In this document: one piece after another, positions 42,845-52,573 of the stretch | Numbering within the stretch: position 1 is the first letter of the stretch | How the letters are laid out: every line of letters starts with the position of its first letter | NCBI GenBank assembly: GCA_945865235.1 | Contig: CAMBDJ010000005.1 | Coordinates: forward strand, 13,864-77,863 | Source: an uncultured Bacteroidales bacterium | GTDB taxonomy: Bacteria; Bacteroidota; Bacteroidia; Bacteroidales; Muribaculaceae | DNA length: 64,000 nucleotides | Direction: 5' to 3' | Program-made: the position numbers and the translations under genes | The notes under the pieces: model-generated | What the model saw: the letters and a program-made list of their open reading frames with translations, nothing else | Databases searched by the model: none | Told to the model about the DNA's origin: nothing

Positions 42845-44853
42845 TTTTCGAGTGCTTTATTGATGATTTCGTCGTCGGCGAAGTTGGGGAGAGTCACTTT
42901 CAGCTCGGGATTGCGATCCATCTCGCGGCGTATTGCGTCCATCGCACCCTTGTTACGCGCCCAAGAGCGGCGCGCGATACCGTTGTCAACGTCCCACTGC
43001 AGCATTGAGGTAATCCTTGAATCAGCATCGTCAGTACCGTCTATGACCATACCGAATCCGCCGTTCACCACTTCGCCCCAGCCTACGCCGCCGCCATTGT
43101 GCAGCGATACCCAGGTGGCGCCGCGGAACGAGTCGCCAATGACATTATGCACCGCCATATCGGCGCAGAACTGTGAGCCGTCGTAGATATTCGATGTCTC
43201 GCGATATGGCGAGTCCGTGCCGGAAACGTCGTGGTGGTCGCGTCCCAATACTATCGGAGCCGAAATAAGCCCGTCGCGGATGGCCTTGTTGAAGGCTTGT
43301 GCGATGCGTGTGCGTCCCTCGCAGTCGGCATACAGGATGCGTGCCTGTGAGCCCACCACAAGCTTGTTGGCACCGGCCGAGCGTATCCAGCGCAGGTTGT
43401 CCTGCAGCTGGCCGTGTATGTCCTCCGGCGCAGTGCGCAGCATATCCTCCAGGACATCGCCGGCTATCTTGTCCGATACTTCAAGGTCCTTGGGGTCGCC
43501 GGATGTGCACACCCAGCGAAAAGGTCCGAATCCGTAGTCGAAGAATCCCGGGCCCATAATATCCTGTACATAAGACGGATAGCGGAAGTTAACACCGTCG
43601 GCGGCCATAATGTCGGCACCGGCGAGCGAACTTTGCAGCAGGAACGCATTGCCGTAGTCAAAGAAGTACATGCCCTTGGCTGTCAAGCGGTTAATCGCAG
43701 CTACCTGACGGCGCAAAGATTCTTCCACCAGTTCCTTGAATCGCGCGGGGTCATCGGCCATCAGGGCCTTAGCCTCGTCAAACGACACTCCGGCCGGATA
43801 ATAACCACCGGCGTACGGGTTGTGCAGGGAAGTCTGGTCCGAGCCAAGCTCCACTTTCACATCCTTGTCGGCGAGGAACTCCCACAGGTCGACGATATTG
43901 CCCTGATAGGCGATGGAGACCGCTTCTCCGGCAGCGCGGGCACTGTTTACACGCTCCAGGAGCGCGTCCAGGTCCTCATAGACCTCGTCAACCCACCCCT
44001 GCTCATGGCGTTTCTCCACAGCCTTGGGGTTGATTTCCGCAATGACGCTAACCACTCCGGCAATATTTCCGGCCTTGGGCTGAGCGCCCGACATACCGCC
44101 TAATCCGCTGGATACAAACAGCATACCGGCAAGGTCCGTATGCCCGGGGGCAAGATGTTTGCGTCCGGCATTCAGCACTGTTATGGTAGTGCCATGCACA
44201 ATTCCCTGCGGGCCGATATACATGTACGAGCCGGCCGTCATCTGGCCGTATTGCGACACGCCAAGAGCGTTAAGCCGCTCCCAGTCATCGGGTTTGGAGT
44301 GATTCGGTATGACCATGCCGTTGGTAACCACCACGCGGGGAGCGCGAGGACCGGACGGAAATAGCCCTAACGGATGGCCGGAATACATCACAAGCGTCTG
44401 ATTCTCTGTCATTTCGCTCAGATACTTCATCGTCAGCAGGTACTGCGCCCAGTTCTGGAACACGGCACCGTTGCCACCGTATGTTATCAGCTCGTGGGGA
44501 TGCTGCGCCACGCGGGGGTCCAGATTGTTCTGAATCATCAGCATTATTGCCGCAGCCTGTCTGCACTTGGCGGGATACTCCTCTATAGGCCGCGCAAACA
44601 TCTCGTATTCAGGGCGATAACGATACATATATATCCGACCGTACCGGCGCAGCTCGTCGGCAAATTCCGGAGCCAGAGCGGCATGCTGATGCTCGGGGAA
44701 GTATCGTAGTGCGTTACGGAGGGCAAGTTTCTCCTGCTCGGGCGTCAGTATCTGTTTGCGGCGCGGAGCATGGTTGATTGTCGGGTCATACTTACGCGCC
44801 ACGGGGATTTCGGCGGGGATTCCCGCGCATATAGCTTGCTGAAATTCAGTCAT
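42841..44853 (-). CDS. hutU: Urocanate hydratase
   Basis: ELITYGGNG, GQMTAGS, YIGPQGIVHGT, SDQTSLHN, GRDHHDVSG. Confidence 0.97.
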   Translation of the reverse strand: MTEFQQAICAGIPAEIPVARKYDPTINHAPRRKQILTPEQEKLALRNALRYFPEHQHAALAPEFADELRRYGRIYMYRYRPEYEMFARPIEEYPAKCRQAAAIMLMIQNNLDPRVAQHPHELITYGGNGAVFQNWAQYLLTMKYLSEMTENQTLVMYSGHPLGLFPSGPRAPRVVVTNGMVIPNHSKPDDWERLNALGVSQYGQMTAGSYMYIGPQGIVHGTTITVLNAGRKHLAPGHTDLAGMLFVSSGLGGMSGAQPKAGNIAGVVSVIAEINPKAVEKRHEQGWVDEVYEDLDALLERVNSARAAGEAVSIAYQGNIVDLWEFLADKDVKVELGSDQTSLHNPYAGGYYPAGVSFDEAKALMADDPARFKELVEESLRRQVAAINRLTAKGMYFFDYGNAFLLQSSLAGADIMAADGVNFRYPSYVQDIMGPGFFDYGFGPFRWVCTSGDPKDLEVSDKIAGDVLEDMLRTAPEDIHGQLQDNLRWIRSAGANKLVVGSQARILYADCEGRTRIAQAFNKAIRDGLISAPIVLGRDHHDVSGTDSPYRETSNIYDGSQFCADMAVHNVIGDSFRGATWVSLHNGGGVGWGEVVNGGFGMVIDGTDDADSRITSMLQWDVDNGIARRSWARNKGAMDAIRREMDRNPELKVTLPNFADDEIINKALEK

Positions 44854-44857
44854 AATC

Positions 44858-46549
44858 TCATAATTTGGAGTTCACTTTTGCCATAATCTCTGACTCGCGA
44901 CGGCAAGCCTCCGAAGCAAGAGTCTCAGCCTCGGCAACAAGCTGTGCAGCCTTTTCGCGGTCCTTAAGGTCGCGGGCGTTGATGCGGACATTCAGCCCTG
45001 CACCAAGTACGGCGGCACGTGCGGCGAGCGCCCCCACACCGGCATCGCTGACGGACGCCAGATTGCCCTCCTCGACCATTGCCTCGCACAGGTCGAAGCA
45101 GTCGAAGGCGGCCTTCATCGTGCGCAGCGGCACCTCTGTGGCGTAAAGCGTGGCGGCCTCAAGCGCTTTCTCGCGCGCCTGTTTCTCGGATTCGGTACCT
45201 TTGGGCATCTGGATTGCGGACATTATGCGGTTGAATGCCGCGGTATCCTCGTCCACAAGACCCAACAGACGCTCCAGCAGCATCTCTCCGCCATCGGCGT
45301 AATTCGAGAAAATCTCCCATTTCTCGTCCCATCCGGCCTTGTGTGCCGACAGATTGGCCACCATCGTTCCCAACGCGGCGGCAAGGGCGCCCATATATGC
45401 CGATACCGAACCGCCGCCGGGGGCGGGGCTCTCCGAGGCCGTTTCCTCGGCAAAGCCGCGACAGGTCTTGTCTATCAGCTTGTTGGAGCTTTCGGGCTGT
45501 ATCAGGTATTCTATGATTTTCTCCTCCGGACGGAAGGGCGCGAGTTCCTCAAGACCCATGGTCTTGGCGGCGATGCGGATTATTTCAGACTCCGGCAGAC
45601 CGGTGGAACGCTGCTGCTTGTGAAGGAAGTAGCGTCCGGCGTCAATAATGGCGCGCTTGGGAACGAGTCCCACAATTTCCGTGCCGGTGACGCGGATTCC
45701 GCGGGCAGCGGCGGCACGCACCACTTCCTCAAAGGCCACATGCAGCGGAGTCCTGCCGATATCCGTTATGTTCATAGACACCTGTGCGATGCCATATTCG
45801 TCTATATACCAACCAATTGCCTTGGTGCCGGGGAGCGTTCCGGGCAGCATTATCACATTACCGTCAGCATCCTTCACGGGCTTGCCGTTGGGCTTGCCGC
45901 CCTCACGTTTGGGACGGCCTTTCTCGCGGACATCAAAGGCTATGGCGTTGGCGCGGCGGGTGCTGGTGGTGTTGAGGTTGAAGTTTACGGCAATCAGGAA
46001 ATCGCGGGCACCGACAACGGTCGCGCCGGTACGCGCGGCGCGCTCGTCAAAGGGTCTGTCCCCGAAGTCCGGGCCCTCTTCGGGGCAGTCCATACGCTCG
46101 GCGAGCGCCTCGTATTCGCCCTTGCGGCATACCGCAAGGTTGCGGCGCTCGGGGCGCAGCGCGGCAGCCTCGTAGCAGTAAGTGGGAATGTCCAGGTCGT
46201 CGGCGATGCGCTTGGCCAGACAACGCGCCATCTCCGCGCACTCCTCAAGCGTGACACCGGCCACGGGAATCAGCGGCAGCACATCAGTAGCGCCGATACG
46301 CGGATGCGCGCCGTGGTGCAGGTTCATGTCTATGAGCTCGGCGGCACGACGCACGCCGCGGAAAGCCGCTTCGCATACTGCTTCAGGCTCGCCGACAAAG
46401 GTCACCACCGTGCGGTTGGTGGCCTCGCCGGGGTCCACGTCCAGCAGCCTGATGCCTTTTACGCTGCTTATAGCGTCGGTTATAGCATTGATAACGTTAC
46501 GGTTACGTCCCTCGCTGAAATTAGGGACACATTCTATGATTCTTTCCAT
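44858..46549 (-). CDS. ftcD: Fused glutamate formiminotransferase / cyclodeaminase (FTCD)
   Basis: IECVPNFSEGR and HPRIGATD (transferase) plus SPAPGGGSVSAY and NLASVSDAG (cyclodeaminase) in one 563-aa ORF. Confidence 0.93.
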   Translation of the reverse strand: MERIIECVPNFSEGRNRNVINAITDAISSVKGIRLLDVDPGEATNRTVVTFVGEPEAVCEAAFRGVRRAAELIDMNLHHGAHPRIGATDVLPLIPVAGVTLEECAEMARCLAKRIADDLDIPTYCYEAAALRPERRNLAVCRKGEYEALAERMDCPEEGPDFGDRPFDERAARTGATVVGARDFLIAVNFNLNTTSTRRANAIAFDVREKGRPKREGGKPNGKPVKDADGNVIMLPGTLPGTKAIGWYIDEYGIAQVSMNITDIGRTPLHVAFEEVVRAAAARGIRVTGTEIVGLVPKRAIIDAGRYFLHKQQRSTGLPESEIIRIAAKTMGLEELAPFRPEEKIIEYLIQPESSNKLIDKTCRGFAEETASESPAPGGGSVSAYMGALAAALGTMVANLSAHKAGWDEKWEIFSNYADGGEMLLERLLGLVDEDTAAFNRIMSAIQMPKGTESEKQAREKALEAATLYATEVPLRTMKAAFDCFDLCEAMVEEGNLASVSDAGVGALAARAAVLGAGLNVRINARDLKDREKAAQLVAEAETLASEACRRESEIMAKVNSKL

Positions 46550-46569
46550 GGTATTGTCGTTTTGGCTGT

Positions 46570-47769
46570 TTACAGTTCCAGATCGGCGTTGATTACCTCA
46601 TGCCAGGGCAGACCCTGCACCGGCAGCTGTGCCATAAAGGGATCAGGGTCGAATTCCTCCACATTATGCACGCCGGGCTTGTTCCATTTTCCGGTGAGGA
46701 ACATCATTGCGCCAATGCACGCAGGCACACCGGTGGTGTAGCTCACGGCCTGCATGCCGGTCTCTTTGTACGCCTCCTCGTGGCTGCAGTTGTTGTAGAT
46801 ATAGTAAGTGAGGGGTTTGCCGTCCTTGTCCAGGCCTGAGATTCGGCAACCGATGGATGTCTCGCCATGGTAGTTCTTGCCAAGGTCCTGGGGGTTGGGG
46901 AGCACGGCCTTCAGGAACTGCAGGGGCACAATTTTCTGGCCGTTATACTCTATCTCGTCTATACGTGCCATGCCGATGTCCTGGATTACGCGCAGGTGCG
47001 TGAGATATTCCTGTCCGAATGTCATCCAGAAACGTGCGCGCTTGATGGTGGGGTAGTTCAGCACCAGACTCTCAAGCTCCTCATGGTAAAGGAGATACGA
47101 CTCGCGCGGGCCGATGTTGGGGTAATTGAGGGTCTTGTGGAATTCAAGGGGCTCGGTCACCACCCATTTGCCGTCCTGATAGTAGCGGCCGTTCTGGGTT
47201 ATCTCGCGGATGTTGATTTCCGGGTTGAAGTTGGTAGCGAATGCCTTGCCGTGGTTTCCGGCGTTACAGTCCACAATATCAAGATATTGCATCTCGCTGA
47301 ACCAGTGTTTTGCGGCGTATGCCGTGAAAACGCCTGACACGCCCGGGTCGAAACCGCAGCCAAGGATGGCTGTGAGGCCGGCTTTCTCGAAGCGCTCGCG
47401 ATATGCCCACTGCCACGAATACTCGAAGTGAGCCACATCCTTGGGCTCGTAGTTGGCAGTGTCAAGGTAATTTACTCCGCACTGCAGGCATGCCTCCATA
47501 ATCGTAAGGTCCTGATACGGCAATGCCACGTTTATTACCAGCTCGGGCTTGTGACGATTGAAGAGCTCAACCAGCTGCTCAACGCTGTCGGCGTCCACAC
47601 TATCGGTGGTTATCCAGGGTTTGTCGCCAAGCTGATGCGCGATGGCGTCGCATTTGCTGCGGGTACGGCTCGCAAGCACTATTTCACTGAAAACGTCGTG
47701 ATTCTGGGCACATTTGTGAGCCACCACGGTACCTACACCGCCGGCTCCTATGATTATTACTTTTGACAC
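46570..47769 (-). CDS. Saccharopine dehydrogenase-family protein, probably carboxynorspermidine dehydrogenase
   Basis: IIGAGGVG, YLDTANYE, GCGFDPG, TNFNPEINIRE, VSYTTGVPA. Confidence 0.88.
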   Translation of the reverse strand: MSKVIIIGAGGVGTVVAHKCAQNHDVFSEIVLASRTRSKCDAIAHQLGDKPWITTDSVDADSVEQLVELFNRHKPELVINVALPYQDLTIMEACLQCGVNYLDTANYEPKDVAHFEYSWQWAYRERFEKAGLTAILGCGFDPGVSGVFTAYAAKHWFSEMQYLDIVDCNAGNHGKAFATNFNPEINIREITQNGRYYQDGKWVVTEPLEFHKTLNYPNIGPRESYLLYHEELESLVLNYPTIKRARFWMTFGQEYLTHLRVIQDIGMARIDEIEYNGQKIVPLQFLKAVLPNPQDLGKNYHGETSIGCRISGLDKDGKPLTYYIYNNCSHEEAYKETGMQAVSYTTGVPACIGAMMFLTGKWNKPGVHNVEEFDPDPFMAQLPVQGLPWHEVINADLEL

Positions 47770-47800
47770 GGTTGTTGTTATTTTTGTGGTGTTAATATCT

Positions 47801-48841
47801 TTATTTCTGTTTTGAATTTCTCTTCTGCAGCGATATGCAGATAAAGGTGAAAATGCCGAGCAATATCAGCAGCAAGGTCTGGCTACCCATAACCAGATTG
47901 GCGAAGGCCGTCGCCTGCGCCGACCCCAGGTGGTAGAGGCCGAGGGCGAATATCACCGCCCACTGCCACGGGCCGATACCGCCGTTGGACGGCACACCCA
48001 TGGATATGCTGGACAGCACAAAGGTCACCAGTACGGCGAGAATGCCGTAATTATGCACTATGTCCGCCGTGAACCCGAAGGCGTAAAATGCCACGTACAG
48101 CTGCAGGAAATAGCAGCCCCAGATGCAGAAAGTAAGCGCCAGCCAGCGACCTTTGCCCTTCATTTTGGCGATTACCGCAAAGCCGTTCCAGATTCCTTTG
48201 CCGAAATTCTGGATTTTCTGCACAAATTTATTTTGGGTTTTCACGCAGAACAGGGCGACTATAAGCCCTAAGACCACTATCACGCCAATCCACAGCCACG
48301 GGGACTGCAAATCGCTGAGTATCTTCTCGTATGTCTCGCTGTTCTGCTCAAAGTATACACTGAGTTGCGTTGTGGCAAGCAGAAATGTCACTATCGTCAG
48401 CAGCAGCACGGTAACGGTGTCGGCGAGGCGGTCAGCCACCATGGAGCCAAAGACATTCGAGAACGAGGCGTCCTCGCGTTTGGCAATGTATCCTGTACGC
48501 CACAGCTCGCCGAGGCGCGGAAGAACCAGGTTCACGGCGTATGTGCCGAATATGCTGAGTACCAGCGTGAACAGCGGCGGCCGTACGTCTATCGCCCGGA
48601 GCTGTATCCGCCAGCGCATGGCGCGGAAAATATGCGAGAATACGCTGATTATCAGCGCAAGACCTATCCATTTCCAGTCGCAGTCGCGGCGGATGGTCTC
48701 CATCATCTCGTCAAAGTCCACGTCCTTGAACAGCAGACGGCACAGCAGGACGGTCACCAGCAATGGCACGCCGAATTTCAGGAAGTATCCCAGCCAGCGG
48801 CGTCCGGCGCTCTGTTTGGTTTCGGTTGGTGCAGTTTCCAT
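47801..48841 (-). CDS. Lysylphosphatidylglycerol synthase TM-domain (YbhN/flippase-like) membrane protein
   Basis: Multiple TM helices; RAMRW, PRLGELWR, ADRLAD, PSNGGIG. Confidence 0.88.
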   Translation of the reverse strand: METAPTETKQSAGRRWLGYFLKFGVPLLVTVLLCRLLFKDVDFDEMMETIRRDCDWKWIGLALIISVFSHIFRAMRWRIQLRAIDVRPPLFTLVLSIFGTYAVNLVLPRLGELWRTGYIAKREDASFSNVFGSMVADRLADTVTVLLLTIVTFLLATTQLSVYFEQNSETYEKILSDLQSPWLWIGVIVVLGLIVALFCVKTQNKFVQKIQNFGKGIWNGFAVIAKMKGKGRWLALTFCIWGCYFLQLYVAFYAFGFTADIVHNYGILAVLVTFVLSSISMGVPSNGGIGPWQWAVIFALGLYHLGSAQATAFANLVMGSQTLLLILLGIFTFICISLQKRNSKQK

Positions 48842-48850
48842 TTTTATGCC

Positions 48851-50491
48851 TTATTTTATTTCCACAACCTTGAGGCGGTCGCCCTGCTCGTTGGAAATCG
48901 AGCGGTAATAGCGGTCGTCATAGCCACCGAAAACCGGGCTTGCGCAGTCGCCCTCGGCAGTGCGCATAAATGTGCCGTCCTCGTTCTGTTTCTTGATGTT
49001 TCCGTCCATGAATTTCACCAGCAGGAAGTCTCCGAGAGCCTTGTAATCGCCTGTAGCTTTTGCGGTCCAGTGGTTTGTTATGGCAGCCAGGGACGACTGT
49101 GCATCGGCATAAGTCTTGCCCAAAATCTCTTTCTCGGCCTTGGCAACGGCTTCGTCTATCCCGTCCTCAAGGCCTTTCTGCACCTTGCGGATGTCCGGAA
49201 TCATCTGTGAATAACGGTTATAGGCCTGGTTGGCCACGTAGTTGTTTACCCAGAAGTTGGAGTCCCAGCTGAGGGTGAGCATGTCGCCGTTGCCGTGCTG
49301 CAGCTGGTAGGGTGCGGCAGGTGTGGAGTTGAATACGGGCAGGTAGACGCAGGTGTTGGCATCGTCAGTGCCGAACCACAGTATGCCTTTCATGGCGTCG
49401 TGGCGGTTCTTGTTCATCTCGGCTACAAAGGAGAATCCGGTCTGCTGTGTGGCGATAGCACGCTCGTGCGTATATTCCACGCCATCAACCTTGTATGTGA
49501 GCGGACGCCAGCGATAAGGCACTGCGAACGCACCGGCGCCCACGTCCTTTGTCATGTCCAGCGGAGTGTCCTCGAAGTGGTCGCGCATCATCCATTTCAG
49601 GTCTGTGGCGGTAAGGGGTTTGGCGGGCTTCACCCACAGGGGCAGCTCGTCGCCCTCGCCGCGAAGAATCCAGGGAAGATAAGCTTCCATAGTGCCCTGC
49701 GGGGCATATTTGTTGAAGAACGCCCACACGCGGCCGTCGCAGCCTCGCAGTGCGCCCATGTCGTACTCGGCGTACGCACGGCTGAAGCTGAAATCATTGT
49801 CCTTGCCGCTGAAGTAGCCCTGCTTGCGTGCGAACTCTATTACATCCTTGCTGTACAGCGTGTTAGGGTCGTTGAGCGGGAATTTGTGGATACGCGAGTG
49901 GTTGGCATGACCGCTGATGTAGCCGTCGGGGACACGGCGGGCCACCCACACGGCACCCTTGTCTGTCTTGCCCTTGCCTATCAGCTCCATAACCCACACC
50001 TCGTTGGGGTCGGCGATGGAGAAGCTCTCGCCGCTGGAGGCATAGCCGTACTTGTCCACAAGGTCTGTCATGACGGTGATGGCCTCGCGCGCGGTCTTGG
50101 CACGCTGCAGCGTTATGTAAATCAGTGAGCCATAGTCTATTGTACCTGTGCCCTCCAGCTCGGGACGTCCGCCCCAGGTGCTCTCGGCGATGGTGAGTCC
50201 GTGCTCGTTCATGTTGCCGATTGTGGCGTATGTGTGTGCCACCTCGGGAATTTCGCCGAGATGCCGGTGGGTATCCCACTCAATCACCTGGCGTACAGCG
50301 CCTTCAGAATGGTCGGCTGACGGCTGGTTGTACAGCTCGCCGTAAAGCACGTGGCTGTCCGCCGCGTAAGTTATCATAGAACTGCCGTTGGCCGTGGCCC
50401 CCGGCGTGGCTATCAGACTCGTACATGCAATTGCCTCGGCGCCACCAAGCGCAAGTGCCGCAACAGTCGCTGCAAAAATTCCTCTTTTCAT
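48851..50491 (-). CDS. C69 family dipeptidase
   Basis: Signal peptide followed by the N-terminal nucleophile A/CTS; YAADSH; GNMNEHGL; ERAIATQQTG. Confidence 0.92.
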   Translation of the reverse strand: MKRGIFAATVAALALGGAEAIACTSLIATPGATANGSSMITYAADSHVLYGELYNQPSADHSEGAVRQVIEWDTHRHLGEIPEVAHTYATIGNMNEHGLTIAESTWGGRPELEGTGTIDYGSLIYITLQRAKTAREAITVMTDLVDKYGYASSGESFSIADPNEVWVMELIGKGKTDKGAVWVARRVPDGYISGHANHSRIHKFPLNDPNTLYSKDVIEFARKQGYFSGKDNDFSFSRAYAEYDMGALRGCDGRVWAFFNKYAPQGTMEAYLPWILRGEGDELPLWVKPAKPLTATDLKWMMRDHFEDTPLDMTKDVGAGAFAVPYRWRPLTYKVDGVEYTHERAIATQQTGFSFVAEMNKNRHDAMKGILWFGTDDANTCVYLPVFNSTPAAPYQLQHGNGDMLTLSWDSNFWVNNYVANQAYNRYSQMIPDIRKVQKGLEDGIDEAVAKAEKEILGKTYADAQSSLAAITNHWTAKATGDYKALGDFLLVKFMDGNIKKQNEDGTFMRTAEGDCASPVFGGYDDRYYRSISNEQGDRLKVVEIK

Positions 50492-50843
50492 TATATCCTG
50501 TTTACAATTTTCAATTGGTTAATATAGTATGCAAAGATAACATATTTTTTTCAGAAAATCGCAGAAGTGGCCCAAACTTATTGCACAAACGCGCCGGACA
50601 CGGCAAAAGGCCGCTCCGGAGCATGCCCCGCGCGGCCTGAATATGCCTCTCATCGTTATCAAAATCCACGAAATTTTCCTGATCGAACAGCTCTGACAAA
50701 GAATGTTTTATATTTGAGAAATACTAATATTTATACCTGCTCGTTTTCGTTTGATAAAGGAATGTAAAAGCACCTGCAAATATACAGATTACTCGTATAT
50801 CTACCCCTCCCTATTGTTAAATTTGATTAAATATTTATATTTT

Positions 50844-52082
50844 TTACGCTTTTGTCAGTGGCAGTTCCACACGGAATGTGGTACCTTGCCCCGGCGTGGA
50901 CGATTTGACGTAGATGCGCCCGTGGTGATACTGCTCCACTATGCGCTTTGCAAGCGTCAGTCCCAGTCCCCACCCTCGTTTTTTAGTGGTGTAACCGGGG
51001 TTGAAGACATTCTTGAAGTTCTTGCGGGATATACCCTTGCCGGAGTCCGCGACCTCTATAAAGGCGTTATGGGCGTCACCGCCTACCGTCACGTCAAGCG
51101 TACCGTGTCCCTCCATGGCATCCACCGCATTCTTGATGAGGTTTTCCATCACCCACTCCAGCAACGGCGGGCAAGCCTGCACCGGCAGCGCATCGCCGGT
51201 TATGTGCGTGGAAAAAGCTATTCGCGGCGATATGCGCGTGCTCATGTATGTGGCGGCGGCACCGGCTATGGCGGCTGCGTCGGCACTCTCCATGGCCGGC
51301 TTGCTGCCTATCTTGGAGAAGCGCGAAGCAATGGTGCCGAGCCGCTGAATATCCTTGTTCATCTCGGCGCAGGTTTCGGCATCCACGCCCATGTCGGGCA
51401 ACAACTCGTTCCACGCCATCAGCGACGATATGGGCGTGCCAAGCTGGTGGGCAGTCTCCTTGGACAGTCCCACCCAAACCTTGTTCTGCTCGGCCTTCTT
51501 GGTGGACAATACCGCAAAATACACCACTACAAGGAATATTATCATCACGCCCAACTGGATGTACGGATATAGGCTCAGGCGTTTTAGCAGCTTAGAGTCC
51601 TCATAATAAAGATGTTGCTGTACATCGTCGGCAATGGAGATATGAATTACATTGGAGGTATGCGACAGTTTGGCGAGCTTATCGGCAAGGAATCGTTCGT
51701 TTACCTCCGACAGCTCTAACGGCGCAAGAGAGTCAACGGGGTCTGGCAGCTCGAAGTTCCTATGGTTCAGAATATTACCGGCATCATCGGTGAGCAGGAC
51801 CGGGATAGTGGTATTTCCCTGGATAATCCGCAACAGGAAATCAATGTCGGCCACCGGAGCAATCACGACACCCGTAGAGTCTGCCATGGCAATAGGCTCT
51901 GCCTCAAGCTGATGCACTATCTCCTTAGTCGCATCCGCCCATATTTCCATGCGCTCGCGCTCACTGGCGGCGAGGTCCTTGACCATATTGTTGGATACGT
52001 ACATAAAGCCGACGACCATTGCCGCGGCGATTGCCAGCAACAGCCACTTCCCGTAGCGCCGTACCTCATAAATATTAGCCAT
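50844..52082 (-). CDS. porY: Sensor histidine kinase, PorY-like (T9SS regulation)
   Basis: Two TM segments; H-box QNKVWVGLSKETAHQLGTPISSL; NLIKNAVDAM; TTKKRGWGLGL. No adjacent response regulator, as known for PorY. Confidence 0.7.
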   Translation of the reverse strand: MANIYEVRRYGKWLLLAIAAAMVVGFMYVSNNMVKDLAASERERMEIWADATKEIVHQLEAEPIAMADSTGVVIAPVADIDFLLRIIQGNTTIPVLLTDDAGNILNHRNFELPDPVDSLAPLELSEVNERFLADKLAKLSHTSNVIHISIADDVQQHLYYEDSKLLKRLSLYPYIQLGVMIIFLVVVYFAVLSTKKAEQNKVWVGLSKETAHQLGTPISSLMAWNELLPDMGVDAETCAEMNKDIQRLGTIASRFSKIGSKPAMESADAAAIAGAAATYMSTRISPRIAFSTHITGDALPVQACPPLLEWVMENLIKNAVDAMEGHGTLDVTVGGDAHNAFIEVADSGKGISRKNFKNVFNPGYTTKKRGWGLGLTLAKRIVEQYHHGRIYVKSSTPGQGTTFRVELPLTKA

Positions 52083-52086
52083 GCCG

Positions 52087-52094
52087 CAAAGTTA
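52087..52094 (-). promoter_or_regulatory. -7 element TAACTTTG only 4 nt before the kinase ATG
   Basis: Plus-strand CAAAGTTA at 52087-52094; the start codon is at 52082. Confidence 0.6.
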
Positions 52095-52573
52095 GCAAAA
52101 AACGCCCAAAAATCCAACTGGTCAAAGCTGCCTCCTCTAAGGCAATATTGCGGGGGTGGTTGCTCCGACTGACTATTTTGCCGTAAATGCAGGCATTGTC
52201 ATGTTGTACCTTTGCGGCAGAAACCACAAAATTATCACATCATGACTTTAAAAGATTTCACTATCAAGGCCGAACGGATCAAGCAGATGGATGCTCTCAG
52301 CCTCGCCGGCCACAACCGGCCACGCTTCCGGAGCCACTGCTCAACTGCTGAGACCTTAAGCCCTGCCGATAAAGCGACTCAAGTTCCGTGGCTTTCCGTA
52401 CCGGGATTCAGTATCTCGGTGCCAGCGCCGAAAAAGTTCCGTGTGGCCACCAATCCAACTTATTCCGTTCATTATAAAGCCCATGCACTCCATCCAAATT
52501 TGCCCATACAAACATTCTGTTGGCAAACTGTTTAGAGCGCCACCCATTGGATGCGCGGCATCCTGCAGCGGAG

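Noticed and set aside
52212-52535. Riboswitch (TPP or cobalamin) suggested by CTGAGA and GCCACTG words
   Set aside because: The remaining conserved elements and stems are absent, and the position is not a 5' leader of a matching gene.
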